Origin: a virus | Direction: 5' to 3' (one strand) | DNA length: 64,000 nucleotides | IMG/VR virus record: IMGVR_UViG_3300025098_000014 | Shown: positions 62,471 through 64,000 of the stretch, piece after piece | Layout: every line of letters begins with the position of its first letter | How positions within the stretch are numbered: the first letter of the stretch is position 1 | The notes under the pieces: generated by a model | Database searches by the model: none | The model's input: the letters and a program-made list of their open reading frames with translations, nothing else | What the model was told of the DNA's origin: nothing | Translations under genes and position numbers: made by a program

Positions 62471-63656
62471 GTTGGAACCCAGCAAAGGTATCCTTTTTCA
62501 CATCCTGCTTAATACCACCAACGATATAAGACTCAACCTCTGTCTCCTGAGGTGCTACCTGGAGACCCTTAGAGGATGTCCAATGCGTAGTCCAGGGCAG
62601 TGGGTTGTTCTTAGCAGCAATATCATAGATAGGATCAAGACCAATCGCTTTCATACGACGGTTAGCTACCCACTCAACATACTGGGATAAAAGTTTTTCA
62701 TTCAAACCAATCATAGATCCGTCTTTGAACAAATACTCTGCCCATTGCTTCTCTTGTCCGACAGCTTCCTTAAAGGTATCAATCAACCACGATTGTTCCT
62801 CTTTAGCAATCTGTTGCATGTCTGGGTCATCGCCCTTCTTCCAGTTGTTGAGGATGTTTTGAGTAATGACAAGATGGAGGTTTTCGTCTCTTGCGATGAG
62901 AGAGATAATTTTAGCGGATCCTTCCATAAGCTTGAGTTCACCAAACGCAAACGAGCAAGCGAACGAGACATAAAACCTGATGCCTTCGAGAATATTGACA
63001 TTGGCAACAGCGCGAAATAGTTTTCTCTTTAATTCATATCTAGTACTTCTAAAGGTTCCTGCACCTTCTTGAGCATGAATCCAATCATCAGTATTACCAT
63101 ACTGTTGGGCAGCATTGATAAACTCATCATAAGCATGTGTGATTGATCTAGCCCTTTCTAGAATCCTTTCATCATGAATGATAGTGTCAAAGATCTCTGA
63201 AGGATCACTATAAACATTTTTAATAATGTAAGTATAGGATCTACTATGAATCATCTCCATAAACTGCCAAGCATTCATACATGCTTCTAGTTCAGGAAGA
63301 GAACAGTACGGGCTGAATGCCATGCCAGGACCACGACCTTGAATAGAATCAAGCATGATCTGGTACTTCAGATTAGAAGTATAGATATGCTTTTGTTCTG
63401 GGCGAAGTAGTTGATAATCGCCCCGATCCTTCTGTAGAGAGACCTCTTCTGGTCTCCAGAAATATCCCAACTGCTGAGTCGTTAACCTATCAAAGACAGG
63501 ATACTTATAGGAATCATATCTTTGAACTCCAAGTGGAGCACCGAAAAACATTGGTTGTTTCATTGTACTATGATCACTCGTATTAAAAACTGTCATCCCA
63601 CGAACACTAGTTTTAGGCATGGGATCAGCGTTGATTTTAAATTGCACAGGCGTCAC
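62466..63656 (-). CDS. nrdB: Ribonucleotide reductase class Ia beta subunit
   Basis: FWRPEEV, DSIQGR, EMIHSRSY, LEGIRFYVSF, RDENLH, VAPQETE. Confidence 0.97.
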   Translation of the reverse strand: MTPVQFKINADPMPKTSVRGMTVFNTSDHSTMKQPMFFGAPLGVQRYDSYKYPVFDRLTTQQLGYFWRPEEVSLQKDRGDYQLLRPEQKHIYTSNLKYQIMLDSIQGRGPGMAFSPYCSLPELEACMNAWQFMEMIHSRSYTYIIKNVYSDPSEIFDTIIHDERILERARSITHAYDEFINAAQQYGNTDDWIHAQEGAGTFRSTRYELKRKLFRAVANVNILEGIRFYVSFACSFAFGELKLMEGSAKIISLIARDENLHLVITQNILNNWKKGDDPDMQQIAKEEQSWLIDTFKEAVGQEKQWAEYLFKDGSMIGLNEKLLSQYVEWVANRRMKAIGLDPIYDIAAKNNPLPWTTHWTSSKGLQVAPQETEVESYIVGGIKQDVKKDTFAGFQL

Positions 63657-64000
63657 ACTCGTCTTCTTTACTTAGGTTGGTTAGTAGGGTATTTAGATCT
63701 GGCGTTTCTTCTTCTATCTCATCATTTTTATTATCATAAGTGTTCTGATAATAGCTAGTCTTCCAACCGTACTTATATGTAGTAAGTAGATCATTTGCCA
63801 TCTGAGACACAGGAACTTCATTGTCAGGGTAGTTCTCTGGATTGTAACTCCAGTTACCAGATATAGCCTGATCAAAGAACTTTTGCATTACAGCAACGAT
63901 CTTAATGTAACCATCATTTGATGGCATATCCCAGAGAAGAGTGTAGTGACTCTTGTGAGTATTATACTGTGGAACGATTTGCTTGAGTGGTCCTTTTTTA
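63637..64000 (-). CDS. nrdA: Ribonucleotide reductase alpha subunit, C-terminal part (start lies outside the window)
   Basis: QKFFDQAISGN, YGWKTSYY and C-terminal CDACAI. Confidence 0.95.
   Translation of the reverse strand, partial: KKGPLKQIVPQYNTHKSHYTLLWDMPSNDGYIKIVAVMQKFFDQAISGNWSYNPENYPDNEVPVSQMANDLLTTYKYGWKTSYYQNTYDNKNDEIEEETPDLNTLLTNLSKEDECDACAI

Noticed and set aside
9-63758. Many short alternative-frame and antisense ORFs in the track (e.g. 29440-29925, 38371-38733, 44185-44583, 50770-51138)
   Set aside because: They are shadows of well-supported genes and have no motifs or ribosome-binding sites.
1-64000. Stop-codon reassignment or suppressor tRNA
   Set aside because: Core genes are full length in the standard code, all three stop codons are used, and the tRNA anticodons are TAC, TCT and TGT.

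Overview
A 64-kb segment of a T4-like marine cyanomyovirus (Kyanoviridae type, host most likely Synechococcus), nearly all encoded on the minus strand. In order: baseplate/tail module (gp51-, gp26-, gp54-, gp4-, gp2-, gp48- and gp53-like); gp32, gp33, an exonuclease, phoH and thyX; a glutamine-riboswitch locus; a 1649-aa subtilisin-like virion protein; an ADP-heptose-type sugar cluster with a carbamoyltransferase and a GT9-like transferase next to tail-fibre genes; purM/purC/purS; psbD, psbA, a flavin halogenase, a peroxiredoxin and two hli genes; an 11-gene GDP-fucose/glycosyltransferase cluster (gmd, C-methyltransferase, fcl, GT11, GT6, FkbM, GT25 and others); three tRNAs inside a 2OG-Fe(II) oxygenase island (13 such oxygenases in the window); nrdB and the 3' end of nrdA. 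Best leads: (1) a double glutamine-type riboswitch with a complete 55-codon ORF nested in one stem loop; (2) a candidate phage-encoded virion-protein glycosylation system, with G-[IVFL]-x-[TS] as a possible acceptor motif; (3) a T-TTT-TTC slippery site that would fuse gp26 to gp51 by -1 frameshift; (4) tRNA genes whose T8-A9-G10 supplies the stop codon of the upstream gene; (5) HLR1/RpaB-like boxes at the hli and psbA promoters. All product calls come from motif recognition by eye; no database search was run.
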